From positions 921,015 to 985,014 of the forward strand of contig CP064968.1 of the NCBI GenBank assembly GCA_016699245.1: DNA of 64,000 nucleotides, given 5' to 3'. Shown here in pieces: positions 10,158 to 20,269 of this stretch. Made by a program: the position numbers and the translations under genes. Numbering within the stretch: position 1 is the first letter of the stretch; each line of letters opens with the position of its first letter. The stretch comes from Candidatus Kaiserbacteria bacterium. GTDB lineage: Bacteria > Patescibacteriota > Minisyncoccia > Phycocordibacterales > UBA918. The notes under the pieces are model-generated. The model worked only from the letters and a program-made list of their open reading frames with translations. It was not told the origin of the DNA and made no database searches.

Positions 10158-12342
10158 TTAAATTTGATTGTCAGAGGAGGGGCGCTCAGCAATAACTTGA
10201 CGTGGCTTTGAGCCGTCTGCGGGACCCACAATACCGCGCTCCTCGAGGATGTCTACAAGTCGCGCTGCTCGCCCATAGCCGATGCGTAGTTTGCGCTGGA
10301 GGAACGAGGTTGAAATCTTTCCTGCATCGAGCGCTATCATACGTGCCTCCTCATAGAGTTCATCATCTTCTTCTTCATCATCATTCACATTTGAGGCAAA
10401 AATTGCATTCGGGTCACTCTTGTCCCCATGGGGATCAAGATTGATTGTCTCGAGTGTCTGTGCAGAATTCTGGTCACGGAGGTAATTCACCACCTTTTTC
10501 ACTTCTTCTTCAGTCACAAAGGCAGATTGGAGTCGAATAGGCTTAGGACTTTCCGTAGAAAGGAAGAGCATATCTCCTTTGCCGAGGAGCTTTTCCGCAC
10601 CGGGCTGGTCGAGAATAGTACGTGAGTCAATCATTGAGTTTACCTTGAGCGCAATACGCGTTGGCATATTGGCCTTAATGAGACCGGTAATAACCTTCAC
10701 CTCAGGACGCTGGGTCGCGAGGATAAGATGAATACCAATAGCACGACTCTTTTGCGCGAGGCGTACGATACACGCTTCGAGTTCCTTAGGATACGCACTC
10801 ATGAGGTCGGCGAGTTCGTCGATAACAATCACAATGTATGGCAGTGGCTCAGGGAGTGTGGCCTCGTCTGCTTCAGGGGAGCCGTTTTCTTCAAACTTCT
10901 GTTTTGCAGGTCGATAGACTTTTTCGTGGTAGGAACTGATGTTTTGTACTTTGTTGTCGCGGAGTATCTCGAGGCGTCTATCCATTTCCTTAATACACCA
11001 TTTGAGTGCAATAATCACTTTCTTTGCGTCGGTAATCACGGGAGTGAGGAGATGTGGAATACCATTATAGAGAGTGAGTTCCACCAGTTTTGGGTCCACC
11101 ATGATAAAGCGGAGCTGGTCAGGTGAATTACGGAAGAGGAGGGAAATGATGATGTTGTGAATAGCCACCGACTTTCCCGGCACCCGTGGTACCGGCGATG
11201 AGTCCATGTGGCATGCGTGCCACATCAGCAAACTGTGCTACGTTTGCAATATTCTTTCCGAGTACAGTGAGAAGAGGTTTTGGTGAGTCGGTGTATTCAG
11301 GTGAGTTAAAGAGAGTAGCGAGGCCAATGGTTTGACGTATTTTATTAGGCACTTCAATACCCACGAGTGATTTCCCCGGAATAGGTGCTTCTACACGGAT
11401 AGAGTCTGCCGCAAGTGCGTAGGCAAGGTTGTTTTGGAGGCTCACAATCTTTTCGAGCTTCACTCCCTCAGCAGGCTTAATAGCATATTGGGTCACCGTG
11501 GAGCCGATGGTCACTGCGTCCATCTCCACATCAATATTAAATTTCTTGAGTGTGCGTTTGATGGTAATAGAATTAGCACGCACATCTCCCACATCGGGAC
11601 GGCCCTTGTCTTTATTGAGGAGCGAGAGTGGGGGAGCAGCATAGGTGCCCTTAAAACTCGAGACAGCAAAATCGGCGGTTTGTTTTTTAAAGACACGATC
11701 AGTAATTGAGAGTTTTTTCTCTTCTGCGCCCTCGGCATGTTCTTCTTCAGATGGAGGTACTTCTCCCGGCGCGAGTGGCGTCGGGCCACCCACCACGGTA
11801 GGATTCACATCCATGAGGTCTTCATCTTCCTCTTCTTCACGCTTAAAGATGTGAATGATATTGGTATCAAAGGTGAGGAAAACGCCCACAAGGAAAAGCG
11901 CAAAAAGTACCACTCCCGTCACAATCCCACCAAAGAGTGAGTAGAGTGGGTAGTGCACTGCCTTCCCGATGAGCCCACCGTGGGTCAGGCTAAGTTGCAG
12001 GAGGCCGAGAAGCCCAAGGAAGGTGATGATGATACCGGTGATTTTTGAGAGACTAATATGATTGTCGTCTCGGGGTACGAGAAAAACATACATAAAGAGA
12101 AGACAGATAATAGGCGCAAAGACAAAGCCATACCCAAAGGTGGAGTCGAGACCTTTATATATGTAGTCCCCCGCCACTCCCGCGATGCCAAAGGGCGCAA
12201 TAGCAAAGATAATAGCAAGCACAAAGCAAAAGAGCGCACCAATAGCCTGCTTGGTATGTGGTGAAAGGTCACCAAAAAATGAACTCGTCTGCGGTGGGGG
12301 AGTGACTACCCGTGTCTTTCGTTTTCGTGATGGTGCTGCCAT
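10158..12342 (-). pseudogene. ftsK: DNA translocase FtsK/SpoIIIE, frameshifted inside the Walker A region (about 11150-11230)
   Basis: N-terminal multi-TM region and linker, then GLIAGTTGAGK (Walker A) in one frame, then SVAIHNIIISLL...DPKLVELTLYNGIPHL...winged-helix C-terminus in another frame. Confidence 0.8.
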
Positions 12343-12489
12343 GCCTAGGTATTTTTGTGATCGTTTAAATAATACATATATAGTATCACACTGACCCAAT
12401 CCACTTTTCCCCAAAACAGGGTAATTAAAGCTCGTGGAGGGGGCGCAGACTTCGCTATTTAAAACCCTACGGTCGAATTTCTTTTTTGG

Positions 12490-12545
12490 AAAAGAAATTC
12501 GGCAGACCAGAAATTATAGTCGCTTGCGCTCATTAATTTCTAGGC
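12490..12545. repeat. About 55-bp repeat shared with 58090-58145
   Basis: ggcagaccagaa[ag]ttat[at]gtcgct..gctc...ttctaggccac is nearly identical at both loci. Confidence 0.5.
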
Positions 12546-12709
12546 CACCCAAGCCCCTCCGTTTTAAATACCGAAGTCTGCACCCCGATAAATTTTCGGA
12601 AAAGGAGAGATCTCGGTGAAACTCCTCAGAGTTGAAACGGAGGTCTTTTCTTGAGGAGAAAAGAGTTACAAAATTACTAAGGCGGTGCCTTTAAATATCC
12701 AAATAAAAC

Positions 12710-12985
12710 TTACCGCATCGACACCTTCAAAGAAAGATTGAGTGCTTTTGCGATACGTCCAAGTGTCTGGAGGGAAGGGTTTCCATCACCCCGCTCAAGC
12801 CGCGAAATAACAGGTTGGCGACTGCCAATAGCATCAGCAAGTTGCGTCTGTGACCACCCACGCCTAATGCGTTCTCGAATGATAGTTCTCACTATCTCAT
12901 ATTCAGGTTCAAGCGCTTTGTACTCAGCCGCAATAACAGGGTCTTTGAGCATTCGCGCTTTAAATTGTTTATATGTAGTTGTCAT
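12710..12985 (-). CDS. higA: HTH XRE-family antitoxin (HigA-like)
   Basis: GWSQTQLADAIGSRQPVISRLERGDGNPSLQTLGRIAKAL is a canonical XRE helix-turn-helix. Lies immediately downstream of a RelE/HigB-like toxin gene. Confidence 0.75.
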   Translation of the reverse strand: MTTTYKQFKARMLKDPVIAAEYKALEPEYEIVRTIIRERIRRGWSQTQLADAIGSRQPVISRLERGDGNPSLQTLGRIAKALNLSLKVSMR

Positions 12986-13014
12986 AGTGAATTAAATATA
13001 ACTTATAAGTTATA

Positions 13015-13338
13015 TCAATGCAAGTTATCCATAATGACTCTTGCAGCGGTAAGTTCCTTTTCAGGCGTCTTTTGAGTTTTCTTGATAAAAGCATGTAGCA
13101 AAAAAGCACTATTTTTATGGAAACAATACAATATTCTAATTTCTCGTTTACCTCGAATGCGAAGCTCTAAAAGCCCATTTTCTAGATATTTACTATGCGG
13201 CATCCCTAGGTTGTTTTCAAACTCCTCAAGGAGATCGATAACCTTCATTACTTTAGTTATTTCCTCTGCATAGAGTGACTCAATAAATAATTCAACAGAA
13301 TTGAGGAGATTGATTTGCATACCACTATTGTACCCCAC
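13015..13338 (-). CDS. higB: RelE/ParE-superfamily toxin (HigB / Gp49-like)
   Basis: 107 aa. ENGLLELRIRGKREIRILYCF...LLHAFIKKTQKTP pattern of Gp49/HigB-like toxins. Toxin-first, then XRE antitoxin: the HigBA arrangement. Confidence 0.6.
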   Translation of the reverse strand: MGYNSGMQINLLNSVELFIESLYAEEITKVMKVIDLLEEFENNLGMPHSKYLENGLLELRIRGKREIRILYCFHKNSAFLLHAFIKKTQKTPEKELTAARVIMDNLH

Positions 13339-13432
13339 ACCGTACTCCTGTAATATATACGTATTGTTGGCTTCGGCCTCCGAGATTGCCCCGCGAAAGC
13401 GGGGCTTTCGCTTGCACTAAGAGGCACCCAAA

Positions 13433-13574
13433 GACTCGTTGAGGTACAACTTTCGAGACGCCTCGCGCAGCCCTCGTTGGGCGAGCGGAGCAAAGACCAG
13501 AAACTACTAATCCAAAGGATTAGTAGTTTCTGGTCTTATGCGTGCGTATCGAAAGTTCGTGCCGAAAAAGAGTC
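13433..13574. repeat. MITE-like repeat, copy 3
   Basis: Near-identical to copy 1 over the first 40 and last 45 bp. Perfect internal hairpin gaccagaaactactaatccaaaggattagtagtttctggtc. Confidence 0.6.
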
Positions 13575-13744
13575 AGACAGCCAAAGAGCGTTCATTCTTT
13601 GCTACAAACTCCAACACAAAACCCCATAAAAGTCACATTCCAATAAAGGTCAAAAGGGCGTATACTGTCTTTAAGTTTGTTCCCCATTATCAAAGACACC
13701 TATACGACAGTATAGCGCGTAAAGAGACACTCTCACGGACAGAT

Positions 13745-14416
13745 ATGCAGGATAGAATAATCGAGGATGCTGAGTTTTATAAATATATTTACAAAAAGAC
13801 AGAAAAGATTGTCTGTGCTGTCTTTTTCATACTACGAGCAGACACCGAAGAAGGACAAAAAGACACCATAGTGAGCGACACCGAAGAAGCGGCAAAAACA
13901 CTCCTTGATGTCGTTTTGCTCGCGCTCCGCTCGCCGCGATCCTATGCCGATGTCCATGCGAGAGAGATACAGCATGCGCTCCTTATCCTCGAGAGCAAAC
14001 TTCGTATATCCCATGCTTCCCGCATCCTCCGTGAAGGGTACTTAGAGGTCTTTCTGAATGAACTGGATAGTGTAAAGCGTACGCTCCGGAAGTATATCGA
14101 ATCCCCCGACAGGAATCCCCTCGCGGTTGAGGAGGTTCGTATAGATGGGTTGGAGAAAGCGAGAAAGGTGCGGGAGCCAAAGCGTATAGAGGCCCGCCCC
14201 GAGGGCGCACCGGCAAGTCAGCCTATAGGACGTACACGAAGCGAGCGTATCCTAGACATTATAAAAGACAAAGGTGAAGCAACTATTAAAGACATCTCAG
14301 AGAACATAACGGACTGCAGCGAAAAGACAATTCAGCGTGAACTCATCACAATGATAAAAGACAATCTCATACTTCGTGACGGAGAGAGAAGGTGGAGCAA
14401 ATACAAATTAGTTTAA
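13745..14416 (+). CDS. Hypothetical protein with C-terminal winged-HTH (DeoR-like) domain
   Basis: C-terminal ILDIIKDKGEATIKDISENITDCSEKTIQRELITMIKDNLILRDG resembles DeoR-type HTH. The ORF's upstream extension (from 13538) starts inside the MITE, so an internal Met was chosen. Confidence 0.45.
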   Translation: MQDRIIEDAEFYKYIYKKTEKIVCAVFFILRADTEEGQKDTIVSDTEEAAKTLLDVVLLALRSPRSYADVHAREIQHALLILESKLRISHASRILREGYLEVFLNELDSVKRTLRKYIESPDRNPLAVEEVRIDGLEKARKVREPKRIEARPEGAPASQPIGRTRSERILDIIKDKGEATIKDISENITDCSEKTIQRELITMIKDNLILRDGERRWSKYKLV

Positions 14417-14515
14417 TGTGAATTGAAGTGTGTATGTGTCTTTGAAAAGTGTCTATACGACATTTATTCATTCTTACTCTTGAGAGATAATCAAAATATT
14501 TATACGACAATTCTT

Positions 14516-14566
14516 CTGTACCCTGTCCTTTATTTTTTGTATCAAAGAAGAAAGGACAGGGTACAG
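14516..14566. terminator. Perfect 16-bp-stem hairpin downstream of the 13745-14416 gene
   Basis: ctgtaccctgtccttt ... aaaggacagggtacag. Confidence 0.5.
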
Positions 14567-14892
14567 AAAACTGTCCCTGTATGCACCATGTCCCGTAAGA
14601 TGTGATGCATACAATCGTCATAATACGCAGTGGGGGAGCATCAGTTTCATTGACTTTATAAGTAGTGAAACGTACACTTTTCCAATCATTCTTTTGGAGA
14701 TATATTGCATAGATATGCACAGTATCCACAGGCAGAATGGGGTGTAGTATCAGATTTTTTCTGTATACTATATCTATTGCGCATAGAGCGCCTATTTTAT
14801 TAATGGGCTCACACTATGATGGCAGGTATTGTTCTTTGAAAATCTGAACTACATGTTCACTACATAATAGTATGCAGATGCATACGCTTATC

Positions 14893-14990
14893 CTTCTTTT
14901 TCAAGAAGGGGGGGGGCAGAAAATGGGGGGCGGGGGGAAAAAAATTTCGGGGGTGCCCCTCCTCCCCCCCAAAAAAAAAAAAGAATGACG
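14893..14990. other. Poly-G/poly-C/poly-A low-complexity tract (probable artefact)
   Basis: gggggggggcagaaaatggggggcggggggaaaaaaa...cccccccaaaaaaaaaaaa. Confidence 0.55.
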
Positions 14991-15239
14991 GGGAAGGGTG
15001 CGATGAGTCTCCCGATTTTCCTTCTCCCTTTACGCTTAGTAAAAGAAAGTATCTCAGTCTTATATTGTAGCTAATCCATTGTCTATGTGGGTGTCGACCC
15101 AACGGTGCGTGCGCATAGCACGTTTTGTAAAACATATTCATGGAATAGTGATATTCGTGAGCAATCCTTCGACGGGTTGTTCGCAAATAAGAATTAATTC
15201 TTATTATTAGAGTAAACAAACTTATAAATAGTTTTATTT

Positions 15240-17222
15240 ATGAACATTACAGCAAATACAGTTGTATCAAAGCTCTTCGTAGCTTTTGTTGCAGCTTCAA
15301 TGCTCGTTATGCTTGCTTCACCTGCAAAGGCGGCAACAGCAGAAGAGCTCCAAGCACAAATCGACGCGCTTATGGCGCAGATTTCTGCCCTCCAGGGTAG
15401 TACTGCACCAGCAGCAACTCCAGCAGCAGGATGTACGTTCACACGTGCACTCACTGTTGGATCACAAGGAGCAGATGTAAAGTGTCTTCAGGATTACCTT
15501 ACACCTAAGTACTTTACTAACGCAGGTGGTTCAACAGGTTACTTCGGTTCTGTTACCGCAGCAGCAGTAGCCGCATGGCAAACAGCAAACGGTGTTATGC
15601 CAGCAGCTGGCTACTTCGGTCCTGTATCACAGGCTAAGTACGCAGCTCTTATGGCAGCAGCTCCTGACACTGATGATTCAGATGATACTGATGACACAGA
15701 TGGAGACAACACTTCAAGCGACCTCTCAGGCGAGGCTTCACTCAAGACTGTTGAGATCAACAATGGAGATGATCGAAACAATGTTGAGGAAGGTTCAACC
15801 GAGGTAGAAGTTGCAGACATCAATGTTGAATTTAGTGATGGTGATGCAATGATCACTCGCCTTGATATTGCTCTCGTAGGTGACAATACACCAACAGAGG
15901 CAGATCCATGGAAGGTATTCGGTGATGTCTCTCTTGTTATAGACGGAAAGACTATTAAGACTATCGACGCTTCAGATAAGGATAACTACCTCGATGAAGA
16001 TGATGGTTCACTCCGCTTCTCAGGTCTCGACATTGTTGGGTTGGAAGATGAGGAAACCACCATTACTGTTGTAGTAGACGTAACAGACAATCTTGATGGT
16101 GCTGGATCTGATGCTGACTGGACAGTCAAGGCAGGTTCACTCCGATTCGTAGATGCAGAAGATGTTACAACAACTGAGGGAGGAACTGGTGATCTTGAAG
16201 ATGATTGGACAGGCCCTACAGCCGATTTCTCAATCGACACATTAGGTTCTGGTGATGATCTCAATCTCGAAGACTCAGATGAGAATCCAGACGCAACAAC
16301 TATTGAACTCAGTGAGAATGACAACACCGAAGAGGCTATCTTCGCGTTCGATCTCGCAGCTGATGATAGTGACAATGCTATTAAGCTTGACAATCTTGTC
16401 TCAGTCGTAGTAACGGTTGCGGCAGCTGGTCCTGGTTCAAATCTGGACACACTCGTAAATGATTTCCGTCTCGAAATTGGCGGTGAATCATTCAGCGCAG
16501 AATCTTATTCTGGTGCTGGGTCAACATCTACAATTGACTTCGATATCAATGGTGACTTCACTATTGACGCAGATGATACAGTCACCGCTGTCCTCTATGC
16601 AGACTTCAATGACATGGAAAACGCTGATCAAGGTTCTACAATCTTCGCATCAGTAGCTCCGGCAGACATTGATGCTGAAGGAGATGATAGTGGAGAAAAC
16701 GTTGTTGTTGATGGTTCTACTGTCACTGGTGCAACACACACACTTCGAACTTCAGGTCTAGCAGTTGAACAAACAAGTGATACCGTAACTGCTGACGAAA
16801 ACAGTGACGCTATCACCACTGATAATGCTGCCGATTTCACCCTCAAGTTTGATGTAACGTCATTCGGTGACTCTGTGTACCTGCCATTTGGTGCAAGCGC
16901 AAGTACAACTGACCTTGTAGACGGCGTTGGATACTCGATTGTTAATACAAATACCAATGCTATCGTAGCAACTGGTACACATATTGCAGGAGTTTCAGCC
17001 GCTGGAGGAACAACAGTCACAAAGACAAACTCATTCAAGGTTGGATCTGGGTCATCAGTAGAATTTACCCTTACGGTAAATTATGATCCTGTTGCTTCTG
17101 GTTCATACAAGCTTCGTCTTGACACACTTAAGTATGCATCATCTGATGCTGCAACAGCTGTGACAACACAGGATGTATCAACACAAGACATTGAAACTGA
17201 CCCAATCACTATTGCACAATAA
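15240..17222 (+). CDS. Secreted cell-wall-associated protein: signal peptide + peptidoglycan-binding domain (PG_binding_1) + long acidic D/T/S-rich region
   Basis: Signal peptide ...MLASPAKA. LTVGSQGADVKCLQDYL...GYFGSVTAAAVAAWQ matches the PG-binding domain 1 consensus. The remaining roughly 500 aa are highly acidic and low-complexity. Confidence 0.7.
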   Translation: MNITANTVVSKLFVAFVAASMLVMLASPAKAATAEELQAQIDALMAQISALQGSTAPAATPAAGCTFTRALTVGSQGADVKCLQDYLTPKYFTNAGGSTGYFGSVTAAAVAAWQTANGVMPAAGYFGPVSQAKYAALMAAAPDTDDSDDTDDTDGDNTSSDLSGEASLKTVEINNGDDRNNVEEGSTEVEVADINVEFSDGDAMITRLDIALVGDNTPTEADPWKVFGDVSLVIDGKTIKTIDASDKDNYLDEDDGSLRFSGLDIVGLEDEETTITVVVDVTDNLDGAGSDADWTVKAGSLRFVDAEDVTTTEGGTGDLEDDWTGPTADFSIDTLGSGDDLNLEDSDENPDATTIELSENDNTEEAIFAFDLAADDSDNAIKLDNLVSVVVTVAAAGPGSNLDTLVNDFRLEIGGESFSAESYSGAGSTSTIDFDINGDFTIDADDTVTAVLYADFNDMENADQGSTIFASVAPADIDAEGDDSGENVVVDGSTVTGATHTLRTSGLAVEQTSDTVTADENSDAITTDNAADFTLKFDVTSFGDSVYLPFGASASTTDLVDGVGYSIVNTNTNAIVATGTHIAGVSAAGGTTVTKTNSFKVGSGSSVEFTLTVNYDPVASGSYKLRLDTLKYASSDAATAVTTQDVSTQDIETDPITIAQ

Positions 17223-17336
17223 TATTGTTCAAAAAGAATTGATTAAGTTCAGTGTGATGACGTAAGTCAAAGCTAGAAAAGCACAAAGCCAAAGGGGAAA
17301 TGGCTTAGCGAAAACCGAAAGGCAAGTACCTACAGA

Positions 17337-17368
17337 AAAACCGGCGCGCAAGCGCCGGTTTTTCTGTA
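17337..17368 (+). terminator. Rho-independent terminator
   Basis: aaaaccggcgcgcaagcgccggtttttctg. Confidence 0.7.
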
Positions 17369-17540
17369 CCCCCAACAAACCTAATCCACAACTTATCATG
17401 TTGGGTTTACGAAACCCAACATGATAAGAATAGAATAGGTGCCAGGCACCTCCGCAGGCACAAAAAGTGTGTTGTAATATTCCTCCTTCAAACCGCCAAG
17501 GCAACACCTTGGCGGTTTTGCGTATGCTAGAATATTTGTA

Positions 17541-18020
17541 ATGAACGACCTCTCTCAGTATGAAAAAAGCAGAAGTGATGCACATGCATATTTTCTTTCG
17601 CATAAACCGATACACTCTCCAGTATTGAATGAGTATATTCATTTTACCGCTGAAGGCTTCAATCATATTTTATATAAGGGTTCCAGGAAGGAGCGAGACA
17701 GGGAATCGCAACAGATGCGATTCAAACTTTTAACAAGAGCAACAAAACTTATCGCAATTTCAACAACATACCAAGAGTACGAAGAGAGAATGAAAGAGTG
17801 TGTTGTAAAAGTTAAAAAGACGAAAGTCACAAAAACCAAGAGAATACAATATTGGGGAATCATTGCAATTATTGATAATAGAAAGATTAAGGTAATTGTG
17901 AGAAAAATTGGAGACAATGGACAAATACATTTTTGGAGTATTGTACCAGCATGGGTAACAAACAAGTATAGAGATACGCGGTTTGTGTCGACAATGAAAG
18001 GAGATCCAGAAGAAGATTAA
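17541..18020 (+). CDS. Hypothetical protein (159 aa), low-GC island
   Basis: ORF preceded by a repeated hairpin plus TAGAAT cassette placed about 7 bp from the ATG (leaderless-type promoter). Terminator at 18017-18050. Confidence 0.5.
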   Translation: MNDLSQYEKSRSDAHAYFLSHKPIHSPVLNEYIHFTAEGFNHILYKGSRKERDRESQQMRFKLLTRATKLIAISTTYQEYEERMKECVVKVKKTKVTKTKRIQYWGIIAIIDNRKIKVIVRKIGDNGQIHFWSIVPAWVTNKYRDTRFVSTMKGDPEED

Positions 18021-18201
18021 AAAAATACCACCCGAGGGTGGTATTTTTTATAGTGCTCGCCTTCGGCTTATGTATTAGCCGAATAGGGCTGACGCCCCAC
18101 AAGCACATTTCTATAATACCTCTTTTTTTTGAAAAAACAAGATTATCATTCACATTCAAGTGTTGTAAGTCACGTACCAAAGTATCGTCATATACAGATA
18201 T

Positions 18202-18474
18202 ATGGAACCAAAATATTCACAAAAGATGATTGATGCAATAGAAGAGGGTGAGAAGGATATTGCTGAGGGAAGGGTGTATACGGAAGAAGAAGTTTTGAAA
18301 ATGTTTGCAGGAAAAACAGATACGAAGTTTATCCCAGACTTTGACAATCTCACACCAGAAGAACAAGAGATTGAAGATTCTCTTGAAAGTGGTGAGTATG
18401 TGACGGACATCGGATGTCCGTCATCAAGAATAGGTGCCAGTCACCACTGGTGTGGTTATAAAGCAAAAAAGTAA
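18202..18474 (+). CDS. Small acidic protein, antitoxin-like (ParD/RHH-tail-like motif); 3' end overlaps a repeat hairpin
   Basis: IEEGEKDIAEGRVYTEEEVLKMF resembles the C-terminal segment of ParD/CopG-type antitoxins. Weak call. Confidence 0.35.
   Translation: MEPKYSQKMIDAIEEGEKDIAEGRVYTEEEVLKMFAGKTDTKFIPDFDNLTPEEQEIEDSLESGEYVTDIGCPSSRIGASHHWCGYKAKK
18401..18440. repeat. Palindromic repeat element copy A (second copy at 19051-19093)
   Basis: tgacggacatcggatgtccgtcatcaagaataggtgccag is identical at both loci. Confidence 0.6.
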
Positions 18475-18573
18475 CGCTTAAACCGACCATCAGGTGGTTT
18501 GGAATGGCGATAGGAACCACTAGATGTGCGGTGCTCGTGCAGAGTTTGTGTATTATTTCTCGAGTGATATAAT

Positions 18574-18978
18574 TTGAGAATGAAAAGTACTCCTCCAAAA
18601 ACAAAAAAGGCAGTTTCTGAAAAAGTGATTACGTTGGAGCAGCATAATGCTGATATTAAGCGTTATATTGGGGCAGTTGCTGAAGATTTTCAGCACCGCT
18701 TATCAGCAATTGGTGAACAATTTTCTAGTTTGCATGATAAACTCGATACCCACACCACAGAAATAACTCGCATTAATGACAAACTCGATGATCACGGAAG
18801 AATTCTTAATTCCCATACAGAAATGATAGGCCGTCTCATGATTGATGTGGAAGAAATAAAGGTGGGTATGAATGAAAAAGTGAGTCGGAGTGAATTCAAT
18901 AAACTTGAATCACGACTCGTTTCGCTCGAATCTTTTGTGTTTAGCAAACAGGCAAAAACATCAAAGGTTTCTAAATAA
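18574..18978 (+). CDS. Hypothetical coiled-coil protein (134 aa)
   Basis: Heptad-like pattern with no catalytic motifs. Confidence 0.4.
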   Translation: MRMKSTPPKTKKAVSEKVITLEQHNADIKRYIGAVAEDFQHRLSAIGEQFSSLHDKLDTHTTEITRINDKLDDHGRILNSHTEMIGRLMIDVEEIKVGMNEKVSRSEFNKLESRLVSLESFVFSKQAKTSKVSK

Positions 18979-19050
18979 TGTTTTTTTGGAAGGGAAAACA
19001 CCGTGCTTACGCACGATGAACCTGCGAAGGGTGGCCTTTTACTATATTCT

Positions 19051-19093
19051 TGATGACGGACATCGGATGTCCGTCATCAAGAATAGGTGCCAG
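19051..19093. repeat. Palindromic repeat element copy B
   Basis: Same 40-mer as 18401-18440. Confidence 0.6.
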
Positions 19094-19176
19094 CCACCTT
19101 CGGAATATTTAATCTCTAAAAAAACGTATCATAATATTTCTCACCCAAACCACCAAGGCTCCGCCTTGGTGGTTTT

Positions 19177-19608
19177 GTGCGTGTTAAAATATTTGCAATG
19201 ATGCATGATAAAAATTTTGATGCGTGGAATATTGAAAAGAAACGAATCGATACATTGAAACCACATATTAATTTTTATATTCACGAACGCGAAGTATGGT
19301 GGGCTGCCATTGGTGTAAATATTGGGACTGAAATAGATGGTAAGAATCAGCAATACGAACGTCCAGTACTCGTGCTACGAAAACTCGGTAAAGAACAATT
19401 TTTAGGAGTCCCACTCACTTCAAAAAATAAGATGGGTATTTTTTACACACCCGTCCAATACGGAGAAGGAAATGGTACAGCATGTATTTCGCAAATACGT
19501 GTATTCAGCACGCAACGATTACTTCGAAAGATCGGAAAAGTATCTACTAAAGATTTTGAAATAGTAACCAAACAACTCTCAAAACTAATTGCAACAGGTA
19601 GGATATAA
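19177..19608 (+). CDS. PemK/MazF-family toxin-like protein (mRNA interferase fold)
   Basis: EVWWAAIGVNIGTEIDGKNQQYERPVLVLRKLGKEQFLGVPLTSK matches the MazF/PemK core (W..NfG.E..Gk.....RPvLVL........ vPlTSk). Preceded by the same hairpin plus TAAAAT cassette as the 17541 gene. Confidence 0.55.
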   Translation: MRVKIFAMMHDKNFDAWNIEKKRIDTLKPHINFYIHEREVWWAAIGVNIGTEIDGKNQQYERPVLVLRKLGKEQFLGVPLTSKNKMGIFYTPVQYGEGNGTACISQIRVFSTQRLLRKIGKVSTKDFEIVTKQLSKLIATGRI

Positions 19609-19855
19609 AAATCGAACCCCAGCTTGCGCTGGGGTTCTCGGAGCCCGAAGGCCTTAATGAATATATTGTATCAGGGATAATAAAAACCACAACCCCTCGG
19701 CGGTTTTGCATGAAGAGATAGGTGGCAGGCACCTCCGGAATGGCCGACATCGTAAGTCGGCCATACGCATTCATTGTCTTTTACTTCGGTATTTGCATCC
19801 TGATAAAAGATGGGGTAGATTCAGGGAGGTTTTGTCAATGAGAGAGGTGTAGACC

Positions 19856-20068
19856 ATGTCAAAAGAGAAGTCAAAAGTGTTTGGAAGGGGTTTGTTCGCA
19901 GGAAATTTCTTGATTCCAGCCGATCGTGGAATTCGTTCTGAAATATTGCGCAAACTGGAAGGCCATATACATTCTGGAGATGCGTACTTGCCAGGGCGTG
20001 AGGATGAAAGAAAGGTCCTTAATGCACAAATCAAGGCTTTAGAAGCCTTTGGTAGGGCTATGGAGTAA
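19856..20068 (+). CDS. Small hypothetical protein (70 aa)
   Basis: ORF only, followed by hairpins at 20095-20115 and 20121-20164. Confidence 0.25.
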   Translation: MSKEKSKVFGRGLFAGNFLIPADRGIRSEILRKLEGHIHSGDAYLPGREDERKVLNAQIKALEAFGRAME

Positions 20069-20269
20069 CTGATCTAAAAAGCTCTTGATAATTACCCGCC
20101 ACGGCGGGTAATTTTCTTCTCTAGCAAATTAATAAACAGGTCCTTCCTGTTTAAACAGGAAGGACCTGTTTATTTGGACGAGATCCGACGTCGTCCTTTT
20201 GCTACGTAACTATGAGTTAATCACAACAGGTAACTGACAGATTATATTCTTGTCGTATCATATACGTGT

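Noticed and set aside
15986-17038. 154-aa and 136-aa minus-strand ORFs inside the PG-binding protein gene
   Set aside because: Ser/Thr-rich antisense translation of the acidic low-complexity region.
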